A stretch of DNA of 64,000 nucleotides from Myxococcota bacterium (GTDB lineage: Bacteria > Myxococcota_A > UBA796 > CAJQPC01). The first letter of the stretch is position 1. Each line of letters starts with the position of its first letter. Below, piece after piece: positions 34,823 through 44,642 of this stretch. The translations under genes and the position numbers were made by a program. The DNA lies in the NCBI GenBank assembly GCA_023150845.1, contig JAKLKD010000003.1:6847-70846 (forward strand). Reading direction: 5' to 3'. Under the pieces are notes generated by a model. That model was given only the letters and a program-made list of their open reading frames with translations, ran no database searches and was not told the origin of the DNA.

Positions 34823-35941
34823 GTGGACAGCAAGCGTGACTACTACGAGGTGCTCGGTGTGCCTCGGGACGCCGACGCGGCGACGCTCAAGAAGGCGTTC
34901 CGTAAGCTGGCGATGCAGTACCACCCCGACCGCAACCCGGACAACCCCGAGGCCGAGGCGAAGTTCAAGGAGCTCTCCGAGGCCTACGAGGTGCTCTCCG
35001 ACGACCAGAAGCGCTCTACCTACGACCGCCACGGCTTCGATGGCCTGCGCGGCCAGGGCTACAACCCTGGCGCCCAGGACATGAACGACATCTTCTCCCA
35101 CTTCGGCGACATCTTCGGCGACCTCTTCGGGGGCGGCGGCGGGCGTCGGGGCGGGCGCGGCGCGGCGCGGCAGGGCCAAGACCTCGAGCTCGGGATGCGG
35201 CTTGAGTTCATGGAGGCCGTGAAGGGCTGCCAGAAGGAGGTGGAGATCACCCGGAACGCGCTCTGCGGCACCTGCGACGGCAGCGGCGCCAAGCCGGGCT
35301 CCAAGCCGGTGACCTGCACGACCTGTGGCGGCGTCGGCGAGGTGCTCCAGCAGCAGATGTTTCTGCGTATCCGCACGGTCTGCCCGGCCTGCCGTGGCCA
35401 AGGCAAGACGATCAGCGACCCCTGCCGCGACTGCTCGGGGCGGGGCCGGGTGCGGGCCGCGGAGAAGCTCACGGTGACGATCCCCGCCGGGGTCGACACC
35501 GGCAACCAGCTCCGCCTGGGCGGCAAGGGCGACTTCGGCGATCGTGGGGCGCCCCCGGGCGATCTCTACGTCAGCATCCAGGTGAAGGAGCACGAGCTCT
35601 TTAAGCGGGAGGGCCTCAACGTCTTCTGCCAGGTGCCCGTGAGCTACCCCCAGGCCTGCCTGGGCGCGGAGATCAAGGTGCCGACGGTCAACGGCGAAGA
35701 GACCCTGGAGGTCCCCCGCGCCACGCCGTCGGGCAAGGTCTTCACGCTCAAGGGCAAAGGCATCACCGGGGTGAACGGGCGCGGCCAAGGCAATCAACTC
35801 GTGCAGGTCGTCGTAGAGGTGCCCAAGAAGCTCACTCCTCGGGAAGAGGAGCTGATCCGTGAGCTGGCCGAGCTCCAGTCGGGCAAGGTCGGCGGCGAGA
35901 AGGGCTTCTGGCGAGACTTCTTCGACCGGCTGAGCAGCTAA
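34823..35941 (+). CDS. dnaJ: molecular chaperone DnaJ
   Basis: J domain ([15 protein letters not shown]), a G-rich linker and four CxxCxGxG zinc-finger repeats. The start is placed at the GTG at 34823, downstream of GGAGG; the tracked ORF starts at 34802. Confidence 0.92.
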   Translation: MDSKRDYYEVLGVPRDADAATLKKAFRKLAMQYHPDRNPDNPEAEAKFKELSEAYEVLSDDQKRSTYDRHGFDGLRGQGYNPGAQDMNDIFSHFGDIFGDLFGGGGGRRGGRGAARQGQDLELGMRLEFMEAVKGCQKEVEITRNALCGTCDGSGAKPGSKPVTCTTCGGVGEVLQQQMFLRIRTVCPACRGQGKTISDPCRDCSGRGRVRAAEKLTVTIPAGVDTGNQLRLGGKGDFGDRGAPPGDLYVSIQVKEHELFKREGLNVFCQVPVSYPQACLGAEIKVPTVNGEETLEVPRATPSGKVFTLKGKGITGVNGRGQGNQLVQVVVEVPKKLTPREEELIRELAELQSGKVGGEKGFWRDFFDRLSS

Positions 35942-35954
35942 GGAGCGATCCCCC

Positions 35955-36956
35955 ATGAGCACGTCCCAGCTCGCCCAAGAGCGCATCGCCGCGCTTCAAG
36001 AGCGGGTGAGCCAGCTCAAACCTCGCCTCGACGTCATCCGGGCCGAGCTCGACAAGGTCGTCGTCGGCCAGCGGTACATGATCGACCGCCTGCTCATCGG
36101 GCTCCTGGCCGACGGGCACCTGCTCCTGGAGGGGGTGCCCGGCCTCGCCAAGACGACGGCGGTGAAGACCCTCGCCCAGGCCCTGCACACCACCTTCTCC
36201 CGGGTGCAGTTCACCCCGGACCTGCTCCCCGCCGACGTCATCGGCACCCAGATCTACGACCCCCGGGCGGGCAGCTTCTCGACCCGGCGGGGGCCGGTCT
36301 TCGCGAACCTGGTCTTGGCCGATGAGATCAACCGCGCCCCGGCGAAGGTGCAGTCGGCCTTGCTGGAGGCGATGCAGGAGCGCCAGGTCACCATCGGCGA
36401 GTCCACCTACGCCTTGCCCCGGCCCTTCTTTGTGCTCGCCACCCAGAACCCCATCGAGCAGGAGGGCACCTACCCCCTGCCTGAAGCCCAGGTGGACCGC
36501 TTCTTGATGAAGCTCCGCGTGGGCTACCCCAGCCGGGAGGAGGAGCGGGAGATCCTGCGCCGCGCCACCCAGGTCGAGCGGGTGGTGGAGGCCGTCTGGA
36601 GCGCCGAGGAGCTCATCGCCGCCCAGCAGCTCACCAAGGAGCTGTGGATGGAGGATGTAGTCGCTGACTACATCGTCGATCTGGTGATGGCGACCCGTCA
36701 CCCCGAGCGCCTGAGCCCTGAGCTCGCCCGGGCGATCCAGTTCGGCGCCTCTCCCCGCGCGACCTTGGCGCTCTCGTCCTGCGCCCGGGCCCACGCGCTG
36801 ATCAACGGCCGCGCCTTCGTCACCCCGGACAACGTGAAGGCCATCGGGCCCGACGTGCTCCGCCACCGCGTGCTCTTGACCTACGAGGCCGAGGCCGATG
36901 ATCTCGACGCGGATCGGGTCATCAAGCAGGTCTTCGAGCGCGTGAAGACCCCCTGA
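35955..36956 (+). CDS. MoxR-family AAA+ ATPase
   Basis: LLEGVPGLAKT (Walker A), LADEINRAP (Walker B) and the typical MoxR length. Confidence 0.9.
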   Translation: MSTSQLAQERIAALQERVSQLKPRLDVIRAELDKVVVGQRYMIDRLLIGLLADGHLLLEGVPGLAKTTAVKTLAQALHTTFSRVQFTPDLLPADVIGTQIYDPRAGSFSTRRGPVFANLVLADEINRAPAKVQSALLEAMQERQVTIGESTYALPRPFFVLATQNPIEQEGTYPLPEAQVDRFLMKLRVGYPSREEEREILRRATQVERVVEAVWSAEELIAAQQLTKELWMEDVVADYIVDLVMATRHPERLSPELARAIQFGASPRATLALSSCARAHALINGRAFVTPDNVKAIGPDVLRHRVLLTYEAEADDLDADRVIKQVFERVKTP

Positions 36957-36977
36957 CGGCGACCCCACGGAGCGACG

Positions 36978-37844
36978 ATGCTCACCCCGGAGGAGCTGCG
37001 CCAGATTCGCCGCGTCTCGCTGCAGGCGGGCCGTAAGGTCGACTCGTTGTTCGCGGGCGGCTACCGCTCGGCGTTTAAGGGCCGAGGCATGGAGTTTGAG
37101 GAGGTCCGTGGCTACGTCCCCGGCGACGACGTGCGCCACATCGACTGGAACGTCACCGCCCGCTCCCAGGAGCCCCACGTCAAGGAGTTCCGCGAGGAGC
37201 GGGAGCTGACCCTGATGTTGGGCCTTGATGTGTCAGGCTCGGTGCGTTTCGGCTCGGGCGGGCGCGACGGGCGCACCGACAAGCGGCTGCAGCAGGCCCG
37301 GCTCGCGGCGGCCTTGGCCTACGCGGCCATCCGCAACAACGACAAGGTGGGGCTCTTGGCCTTCACCGACCACGTCGAGCACCTCGTGCCGCCCCGGAAG
37401 ACCCGCGGCCACGTCTGGCAGGTGATCCGCTCGGCGTTTGAGCCCCTGGGCCAGCGCCGGGGCACGGATCTGGGCGGCGCGCTCGTCACGATGGGCCGGG
37501 CCCTGAGCCGCCGCGCCGTGGTCTGCCTCATCTCCGACTTTATGGTGCTGGGTGACCTCCGCGCCGCCGTCGCGCCGCTGGCCGCGCGCCACCGGGTTCA
37601 CGCCTTCGTGCTCACCGACCCCGTCGAGGAGCAGCGGCCGCCCGTGGGCCTCGTGGAGCTGGAGGACGCCGAGACCGGCGAGCTGCGCCTCGTCGACGCC
37701 GCGGCCTTGGGCGCGGCCTGGACTGTCGGCGCCCGGGTGGAGGCCCTGCGCCGGGCCGGGGCGCACACCTCCGTCGTCTCGACGGTGGATGACCCGTTCC
37801 GGGTGTTGCAGCTCCACTTTCAGCGCGTCGGGGCCCAGCGATGA
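36978..37844 (+). CDS. DUF58 domain protein (MoxR partner)
   Basis: YVPGDDVRHIDWNVTAR signature; VWA-like fold. Confidence 0.85.
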   Translation: MLTPEELRQIRRVSLQAGRKVDSLFAGGYRSAFKGRGMEFEEVRGYVPGDDVRHIDWNVTARSQEPHVKEFREERELTLMLGLDVSGSVRFGSGGRDGRTDKRLQQARLAAALAYAAIRNNDKVGLLAFTDHVEHLVPPRKTRGHVWQVIRSAFEPLGQRRGTDLGGALVTMGRALSRRAVVCLISDFMVLGDLRAAVAPLAARHRVHAFVLTDPVEEQRPPVGLVELEDAETGELRLVDAAALGAAWTVGARVEALRRAGAHTSVVSTVDDPFRVLQLHFQRVGAQR

Positions 37845-38767
37845 GCCTCGCCTCACCGCGCATCGTCGGGGCGCTCTTGGCGCTCTCGGCCTGCGGGGAG
37901 CGCCTCGCCGAGGCCCCCGCGCCGGAGTCCCTCGCGCTCCACGTCGAGCTCAGCGACCGCGCCGTCACCGAAGGGGAGCCGCCGCCGACCCTCGCCGTGC
38001 GCCTGGAGCTGCCCGAGGGCTGGACGGGCACCTTGGGCCTGCCCGCCGTAGAGGGGCTCAGCTTCACCCCCGCCGAAGGAGCCGCCGCGCCGGGCGCCGG
38101 GGGCGAGACCCGCTTCACCTTGGAGGGTGAGCCGGGGAGCTACGTCATCCCGCCGGTCACCGTCGATGCCAAGGGCCCGGCGGGGGAGGTGGAGACGCGG
38201 TCCGTGGGGCCCTTCTACCTGGACCTCGGCGTCGTCGGCCCCAGCTCGACCTTGGAGGACTTGGCCTTGGCGCCGCCGCCACCTCCGTCGCCTTGGCCCT
38301 GGATCCTCGGCGGCGCCTTGGTGACGGCCCTCGTCGCGGGCCTCGTGGTGCTCGGCAGCCGCCGGACCGTCGCGGCGCGGGTGGCGCCGCCGCCGCCGCC
38401 GCTCTCGCCCGAGGACGAGGCGCTCCTCGCCTGGGAGGCGCTGCGCGCTCGGGGCGACCTCGACGACCACGCCTTGGCCCTTGGCCTCTCGTCGATCTTC
38501 CGGCGTTATCTGGAGCGGGTGGGCGGCTTCCCGGCGACGGCCCTGACCACCTACGAGGTGCTCGACCGGCTCTCCTTGGACCATCGGGTGAACGCCGCCG
38601 AGCACGACCGGGCCCAGCGGCTCCTCGACGCGACGGATCTCATCAAGTTCGCCCGGAGCGGCGGCGGCGCCGCGCTGTTTGACGCCTTAGACGCCGATCT
38701 CCGGGCGGTGATCGCCGCGATCCGGTCAGGGCCCCGATCGGGCCCGGCGGGGTCCGCCGATGTTTGA
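37841..38767 (+). CDS. hypothetical lipoprotein/membrane protein of the Bat-type operon (DUF4381-like C-terminal half)
   Basis: LLALSAC lipobox; central TM segment (WPWILGGALVTALVAGLVVLG); translationally coupled on both sides. Confidence 0.5.
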   Translation: MSLASPRIVGALLALSACGERLAEAPAPESLALHVELSDRAVTEGEPPPTLAVRLELPEGWTGTLGLPAVEGLSFTPAEGAAAPGAGGETRFTLEGEPGSYVIPPVTVDAKGPAGEVETRSVGPFYLDLGVVGPSSTLEDLALAPPPPPSPWPWILGGALVTALVAGLVVLGSRRTVAARVAPPPPPLSPEDEALLAWEALRARGDLDDHALALGLSSIFRRYLERVGGFPATALTTYEVLDRLSLDHRVNAAEHDRAQRLLDATDLIKFARSGGGAALFDALDADLRAVIAAIRSGPRSGPAGSADV

Positions 38768-39746
38768 GCTGCAGCACCCGCTCTGGCTCTTGGCCTGGCT
38801 CATCCTGCCCGTGGTCGCGCTGCGCCCGCGCTGGGCGGGGGGCCGGGCCCGGCTCTCCTGGTCGGCGCTGCCCCGGAGCGGCGGCGCGAGCTGGCGGACG
38901 CGGCTCGCGTGGCTGCCCGAGGCCCTGGGCCTCTTGGGCATGGCGCTCCTCATCTTCGCCTTGGCTCGGCCCCAGCTCACCCGCCGGGAGACGGTGGTGC
39001 AGAGCGAAGGCATCGACATCATGCTCGCCATCGACACCTCGGGGTCCATGGACGCCATGGACTTTGAGGTGAACGGCCGGGAGATGAACCGCCTGGAGGT
39101 GGCGAAGCTCGTCGTCGGCGAGTTCATCCGGCAGCGTGACCACGACCGGGTCGGGCTCGTGGTCTTCGGCGAGGAGGCCTTCACCCAGGCGCCGCTCACC
39201 CTCGACCACGAGGGGCTCCTGCGCTTCTTGAGCAACGTCGAGATCGGCGTCGCTGGGCGCTCGGCGACGGCGGTGGGGGAGGCCATCGCCGTGAGCGCCG
39301 CGCGGCTCTCTCGCCTCGCCGCCCCGACGAAGGTGGCCATCGTGCTCACCGACGGGCGCAGCAACGCCGGGCAGGTCGGCCCTCTGGAGGCCGCCCAGGC
39401 CGCCGCCGCCTTGGGGGTGCGGGTGTACACCATCGGGGTCGGCGCGCACAGCGGGAGCAACCAGGGCGGCCTCTTCGGCTTCTTCCGGGGCGGCGGCCGG
39501 GACGAGATCGACGAGGAGACCCTCACCGCCGTCGCCGAGGCCACGGGCGCCAAGTACTTCCGCGCTACGGACACCCAGTCCTTGTTGAAGATCTACGAGA
39601 CCATCGACACCTTGGAGCGCACGACCGCCGAGGTTGAGGAGCACATTCACCGGGACGAGCTCTTCCATCGGGCGCTCCTGCCCGGCCTCGGCCTGCTCGT
39701 CGCCCAGCTCATCCTCGCCAGCACGGTGTTTCGGAGGATCCCGTGA
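38760..39746 (+). CDS. VWA-domain membrane protein (BatA-like)
   Basis: N-terminal TM helices, DIMLAIDTSGSM (MIDAS) and a C-terminal TM helix. Confidence 0.85.
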   Translation: MFELQHPLWLLAWLILPVVALRPRWAGGRARLSWSALPRSGGASWRTRLAWLPEALGLLGMALLIFALARPQLTRRETVVQSEGIDIMLAIDTSGSMDAMDFEVNGREMNRLEVAKLVVGEFIRQRDHDRVGLVVFGEEAFTQAPLTLDHEGLLRFLSNVEIGVAGRSATAVGEAIAVSAARLSRLAAPTKVAIVLTDGRSNAGQVGPLEAAQAAAALGVRVYTIGVGAHSGSNQGGLFGFFRGGGRDEIDEETLTAVAEATGAKYFRATDTQSLLKIYETIDTLERTTAEVEEHIHRDELFHRALLPGLGLLVAQLILASTVFRRIP

Positions 39747-41563
39747 CCTTTGGCGCCCCCGCCCTCTTCCACCTGCTGTGGATGATCCCGGCGCTCGTGG
39801 TCCTCTTGGCCTGGGCCGCGCGCCGCCGCCGCCAAGACGCCGAGCGCCTCATCGCCGCCCGGCTCCTCGACCGAGGCCTGCCGCCCCGGCTGGAGCGCCG
39901 CCGGGCCTGGCGCGCGACGCTGACGCTTCTGGGCCTCGCCTTGGCCTGCGTCGCCGCCGCCCAGCCGCGCTGGGGCTTCACGACCATCGAGCGCAAGCTG
40001 CGCGGCGTCGAGATCATCGTCGCTCTTGACGTGTCAAACTCGATGCGGGCTGAAGACGTCAAGCCCTCCCGCATGGAGCGCGCCCGGCGTGAGGTGATCG
40101 ACCTCCTCGACGCCTTGCAGTCCGACCGCGTCGGCGTCGTGATCTTCGCCGCCGGGGCCTACCCCCGGGTGCCGCTCACGACGGACTATGTCGCCCTGCG
40201 CCGCATCCTGGAGGACACCTCTCCGTCGATGCTCCGCGCCCAAGGGAGCGACCTCGCCGCGGCGATGACCGAGAGCCTCAAGCTCTTCGGCGAGGACCGC
40301 GGCGCCGACCGCGCCATCGTCGTCATCTCCGACGGCGAGTCCCACGGCGAGGCCCTCGACCCCGTCGGCGCGGCGCTCAAGGCGGCGGGGGTGCGGGTCT
40401 ACGCCTTGGGCGTCGGCACCCCGGAGGGCGCCCCGATCCCCGAGCCCAACGGCGGCTTTAAGCTCGACCGCGCCGGGCAGATGGTGATGAGCCGCCTCGA
40501 CGAGTCCGCGCTCAACCAGCTCGCCGCCGCCACGGGCGGGGCGACGATCCGCTCCGTCGCCAGCGCGTCGGACACCGCCCAGATCGTCGGTGAGCTGCGG
40601 GCCTCTCTGCAGCGCCAGTCCGAAGAGAGCCGCCGCAAGCGGGTGTGGAACGAACGTTTCCAGTGGCCCCTCGCCGCCGGGCTCGGCCTGATGGTGCTCT
40701 CCGCGCTCTTGGGTGACGGGCGGGTCCGGGCGGTGGCCTTGGCGCTCTTGGTCGTCGGCGTGGCCCGGGCCGGGACCCTCGACGACGCCCGCTCGCTCTC
40801 GGCCCAAGGGCGGCACGACGAGGCCCTGCGCAGCTACACCGAGCTCCTCGCCGAGTCCCCCGACGACCCCGCCGTGCGCTGGGGCATGGCCGAGGCGCTC
40901 TACCGGGCGGGCCGCTACGAGGACGCCGCCCGCGGCTTCCAGGAGCTCGCCGCCCGCGCCCCGGAGCGTTACCGCGCCGACGCCTACTACAACGCCGGGA
41001 ACGCCCAGTACCGCGCCGGTCGCCTCGACGACGCCGTGGCGAGCTGGGAGCAGGCCCTCGCCGCCCGCCCGGACCACCCCGGCGCCCAGCGCAACGCCGA
41101 GCAGGTCCGCGAGGAGATCGCCGCCCGCCAGGCCCCGCCGCAGGAGCAGCAACAGCCCGGCGAGCCCCAGGACGGTCAGCCCCAAGACGGGGAGCCCCAA
41201 GACGGTCAGCCCCAGCCCGGTCAGCCCCAAGGCGGCCCGCCCCAGCCCGGTCAGCCCCAGCCGGGGCAGGGCAGCCCCCAAGACCAGGCGCCTCGGGACG
41301 GCGGCGAGCGCAGCCCCCAGGACGGCGAGCGCTCCCAGACCCAGCCCGGCGAGGGCCCGCCCCCGGGCGGCGAGCGCGCCCCAGGCGAAGGGGAGCCCCA
41401 GCCCGGTGAGGGCGGCGAGCCCAGCCAGCCCGGCGAGGGGGAGGGCGCGACGGCCCCCGCCAGCGGCATGTCCCCCGCCGAGGCCCAGCGCCTCCTCGAC
41501 GCCGTCGAGGAGGGCAGCCCACGGGTGTACATCGACGGTTACCCCAAAGAGAAGGACTGGTGA
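39743..41563 (+). CDS. VWA + TPR protein (BatB/BatC-like fusion) with a Gln/Pro/Gly/Glu-rich tail
   Basis: IIVALDVSNSM MIDAS; TPR repeats (YYNAGNAQYRAGRLDDAVASWEQAL); (QPGEPQDG)n low complexity. Confidence 0.8.
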   Translation: MTFGAPALFHLLWMIPALVVLLAWAARRRRQDAERLIAARLLDRGLPPRLERRRAWRATLTLLGLALACVAAAQPRWGFTTIERKLRGVEIIVALDVSNSMRAEDVKPSRMERARREVIDLLDALQSDRVGVVIFAAGAYPRVPLTTDYVALRRILEDTSPSMLRAQGSDLAAAMTESLKLFGEDRGADRAIVVISDGESHGEALDPVGAALKAAGVRVYALGVGTPEGAPIPEPNGGFKLDRAGQMVMSRLDESALNQLAAATGGATIRSVASASDTAQIVGELRASLQRQSEESRRKRVWNERFQWPLAAGLGLMVLSALLGDGRVRAVALALLVVGVARAGTLDDARSLSAQGRHDEALRSYTELLAESPDDPAVRWGMAEALYRAGRYEDAARGFQELAARAPERYRADAYYNAGNAQYRAGRLDDAVASWEQALAARPDHPGAQRNAEQVREEIAARQAPPQEQQQPGEPQDGQPQDGEPQDGQPQPGQPQGGPPQPGQPQPGQGSPQDQAPRDGGERSPQDGERSQTQPGEGPPPGGERAPGEGEPQPGEGGEPSQPGEGEGATAPASGMSPAEAQRLLDAVEEGSPRVYIDGYPKEKDW

Positions 41564-43209
41564 TGGTCAGCGCCTCTCTGCTCTTCGCCGCGCTGCCCGC
41601 GCTCTACGCCGCGGAGCTCGTGCTCGACGCCGACACCCAGAGCCTCCAGGTCGGGCAGACCATCGGCCTGCGCCTCACGGTGATCGACGCGGCCCTGCCC
41701 GGCGCCCCCTCCTGGCCGACGGTGCCCGGCGCGAAGATCGCCTACCAGGGCGTGCAGCAGTCCGTCGCCCGCATCTACGGCAAGACCTCACGCACGGTCA
41801 CCTACACCTACGCCTTGACCGCGCTGGACGACGGCGAGATCAAGATCCCGGCGATGGAGCTGAGCGTCGCCGGGGAGTCCTTACGCACCGAGCCCCTGGT
41901 GCTCAAGGTGAGCCCCCGGGCGGCGACCCCGGGCGGCGCCAAGGCCGAGGCGAGCCTGCGCGCCGGGGGCCAGCCCGTGACCTCGGCCTACGTCGGCCAG
42001 GTGCTCGTCTACACGATGAGCTTTCGCACCCCGGAGCAGGTCCTCGACCGCCGCTTCACCGCGCCGACCTTTGACGGCCTCGTCGCCGAGCAGACCCGCG
42101 ACGGGGAGCTGCGGGAGCACCGCACGGTGATCGACGGGCAAGATTGGTCAGTCGTCCAAGTTGACCTGCCCCTCGTGGCGTCCGCCGCCGGGGAGCGCAC
42201 GATCACCCCGGGCGTCATGGCGGTGCAGGTCCCCGAGCTCGGCCGCACCGGGCGCGGCGCCGCCCGCGCCTTCGCGAACGTGCGAAACGAGGTCTACTCC
42301 TCGGAGAGCCTCAAGCTCAACGTGCGCCCCTTGCCCGCCGAGGGCCGCCGGGACGACTTCTCCGGCCTCGTCGGTGAGTTCGCGCTGAGCGCCCGGCTGC
42401 TCAGCGACCGCGTCGCGACCGGGGACAGCGTCACCATGGAGATCACGCTCTCTGGTGACGGCACCTTGGCCGGCTTCAGCCTGCCGCCGGTCCCCGCCGA
42501 CGCCGGCTACCGCGCCTACGACGACACCCCCACCGTCGAGGCCCGGGTGCGTGAGGGCGTGTTCACCTCCGCCGCGGCCTTCCGGCGGGCCATCGTGCCC
42601 GAGCGCCCCGGCGCGCTCACCATCCCCGCGGTGACGCTCCAGGTCTTCAACCCCCGCACGGGCCAGTACGAGCTCATCCAGAGCGAGCCCCTGACCCTCA
42701 CCGTGACCCCCGGCGAAGGGGAGGCGACCCTCTCCACCTTCGCGGCGGACGACCAGCGCCGGGACGTCGAGGCCCAGGCCGACGACATCGCCCCGCTGCG
42801 CCCCCGGGCGCGGCCCGACCGGGCGCTGTTCAGCCCCCGAGATCCCCTGGCCCTCGGCCTCGTCGGCCTGCCCTGGCTCGGCTTCTTCGGCCTGCTCGCC
42901 CGTGAGCTGGCCCAGCGCGCCCGCCCCAGGGTGGATCCCCGCCGCGCCTTGGCCCGCCGCCTTCAGGGCGCCGAACAGGCGGAGATCGGCGAGCTCCTCG
43001 GCCTCTTCCGGGAGGCCTCGGGCCTCGCCTTGGGCCGCCCGGCCCCGTCGCTCGATGTGGAGGCCCTGGGTGCTTTGCCCGACAAGCACCGCGACGAGGC
43101 CCTGCGCCTCTACGCCGATCTGGAGGCCGCCCGCTACGGCGGCGGCGCCGACGCGGGCCTCCGCGAGCGCACCCTGCGCCTCTGCCGCGCGCTTCTGGAG
43201 CAAGGCTGA
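41560..43209 (+). CDS. BatD-like (oxygen-tolerance family) protein
   Basis: Signal peptide, repeated beta-rich modules and a C-terminal TM segment. The position after BatA/B matches the Bat operon order. Confidence 0.65.
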   Translation: MMVSASLLFAALPALYAAELVLDADTQSLQVGQTIGLRLTVIDAALPGAPSWPTVPGAKIAYQGVQQSVARIYGKTSRTVTYTYALTALDDGEIKIPAMELSVAGESLRTEPLVLKVSPRAATPGGAKAEASLRAGGQPVTSAYVGQVLVYTMSFRTPEQVLDRRFTAPTFDGLVAEQTRDGELREHRTVIDGQDWSVVQVDLPLVASAAGERTITPGVMAVQVPELGRTGRGAARAFANVRNEVYSSESLKLNVRPLPAEGRRDDFSGLVGEFALSARLLSDRVATGDSVTMEITLSGDGTLAGFSLPPVPADAGYRAYDDTPTVEARVREGVFTSAAAFRRAIVPERPGALTIPAVTLQVFNPRTGQYELIQSEPLTLTVTPGEGEATLSTFAADDQRRDVEAQADDIAPLRPRARPDRALFSPRDPLALGLVGLPWLGFFGLLARELAQRARPRVDPRRALARRLQGAEQAEIGELLGLFREASGLALGRPAPSLDVEALGALPDKHRDEALRLYADLEAARYGGGADAGLRERTLRLCRALLEQG

Positions 43210-43970
43210 TGCCCCCTCTCGGACCCTCGACGATCCTGCTCGGCCTAGGCCTCGCGATGGCCGGGGAGCCCGCCGACGACGCCTTGGCCGCGCTCGTGGC
43301 CGGGGACTACGCCGAGTCCAGCCGCCTGCACGTCGAGGCGGTGAACGGCGGCGCGGTGAGCGGCGACATCTACTACAACCTCGGCGTCTCCTTGTACCGC
43401 CAGGACGCCATCCCCGAGGCCATCTTGGCCTGGCGCCGCGCCGCCGTGCTCGCCCCCCGGGACGGCGACATCGTGATGAACCTCTCCTACGCCCGGCGCC
43501 GCACCCAAGACCGCATCGAGGCCCCGGCCTTGGACTCCTGGATGTTCTGGCGGTCGAGCTTCTCCTTCTCGGAGCAGGGCTGGGCCGCGGCGCTCTTCCT
43601 CTCGGCCTTGGGGGCGCTCGGCGTGGTCTGGCGCCTGCGCCCCGAGGCGCCCGTGGGCATCCCGGCCTTGCTCGTCGGCGTTCCGGCCCTGGCGCTCTGC
43701 GTCTCGACGGCGGCGGAGCTCTCGGCGCTAGACGACCGGCCCGGCGCCGTGGTGCTCGCCGCGGAGCTCCCCGCGCGCTCCGAGGGCGCGGGCGGCGTGG
43801 TCCTCTTCACCCTCCACGCCGGGGCGGAGGTCACGGTGCGTGAGCGCGTCGGCGGCCAGGCCCTCATCGCCCTGCCCGACGACCGTGTAGGCTGGGTGCC
43901 GTTGGACGCCTTGGGGCTCGTCGATCCCCGGCTCCCGTTCCCGACTCCGCCCGCGTCTGAAGCGGGTTAA
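43209..43970 (+). CDS. TPR + SH3-like membrane protein (BatE-like)
   Basis: TPR motif (IYYNLGVSLYRQDAIPEAILAWRRA), TM helices and a C-terminal SH3_3-like segment (..ALIALPDDRVGWVPLDAL). Confidence 0.6.
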   Translation: MPPLGPSTILLGLGLAMAGEPADDALAALVAGDYAESSRLHVEAVNGGAVSGDIYYNLGVSLYRQDAIPEAILAWRRAAVLAPRDGDIVMNLSYARRRTQDRIEAPALDSWMFWRSSFSFSEQGWAAALFLSALGALGVVWRLRPEAPVGIPALLVGVPALALCVSTAAELSALDDRPGAVVLAAELPARSEGAGGVVLFTLHAGAEVTVRERVGGQALIALPDDRVGWVPLDALGLVDPRLPFPTPPASEAG

Positions 43971-44000
43971 GCGTCTCACCTCTCCCCTCTGGAGGCTCTC

Positions 44001-44510
44001 ATGCGCGCGCTCCTCACCCTCTCTGTCCTCGCCCTCACCCTCAGCGGCTGCTGGGAGAAGAAGGTCAAGAACCTCAGCGACGCTGAGTTTGACCACTACT
44101 ACGTGCTCAAGCCGTTCATGACGGACGAGACCCGCAAGGCCTACCTCAAGCTCAAGACCGAGGAGGAGCGCAACCAGTTCCTCAAGGACCAGGGCCTCTG
44201 GGACCGCTTCTACAAGTACAGCGAGGCGGAGCGCGCGGAGATCGTCTCCGGCGCCGTCGCGGTCGGCTGGACGAAGGACAAGGTGCTCATGGCCTGGGGC
44301 CCGCCCCACGACAAGCAGAAGCTCGTCGGCCGTGAGGCCCAGCGCAGCGAGCGCCTCGTCTACCGCTTCGAGGAGCAGCCCGACGGCACCGTGCTCGTCT
44401 GGGCCCCGAACTCCAAGACCGAGTACAAGGCCGTTCGGCTCTACCAGGTCGATGTTGTTCTGGACGATGACAAGGTGACGGAGATCATCGAAAAGCCCCG
44501 CTGGGACTGA
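44001..44510 (+). CDS. hypothetical lipoprotein
   Basis: LALTLSGC lipobox; no family recognised. Confidence 0.6.
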   Translation: MRALLTLSVLALTLSGCWEKKVKNLSDAEFDHYYVLKPFMTDETRKAYLKLKTEEERNQFLKDQGLWDRFYKYSEAERAEIVSGAVAVGWTKDKVLMAWGPPHDKQKLVGREAQRSERLVYRFEEQPDGTVLVWAPNSKTEYKAVRLYQVDVVLDDDKVTEIIEKPRWD

Positions 44511-44558
44511 TGCGCGGCGATCGCGGGTCTGGGGCGACGACAGATGTGCGAGAAGGCC

Positions 44559-44588
44559 CAACCCGTGGTTGACACCCCGGCCTCGGGC
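44559..44588 (+). promoter_or_regulatory. candidate sigma70-type promoter (TTGACA - 18 nt - TACGCT)
   Basis: TTGACA at 44559-44564 and TACGCT at 44583-44588, 55 nt upstream of the B12-radical-SAM ATG. Confidence 0.3.
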
Positions 44589-44642
44589 CGACTACGCTGA
44601 TTCATCCCCGGCACCTGAGAGGGTGCAGGATCGAGGTACGAC

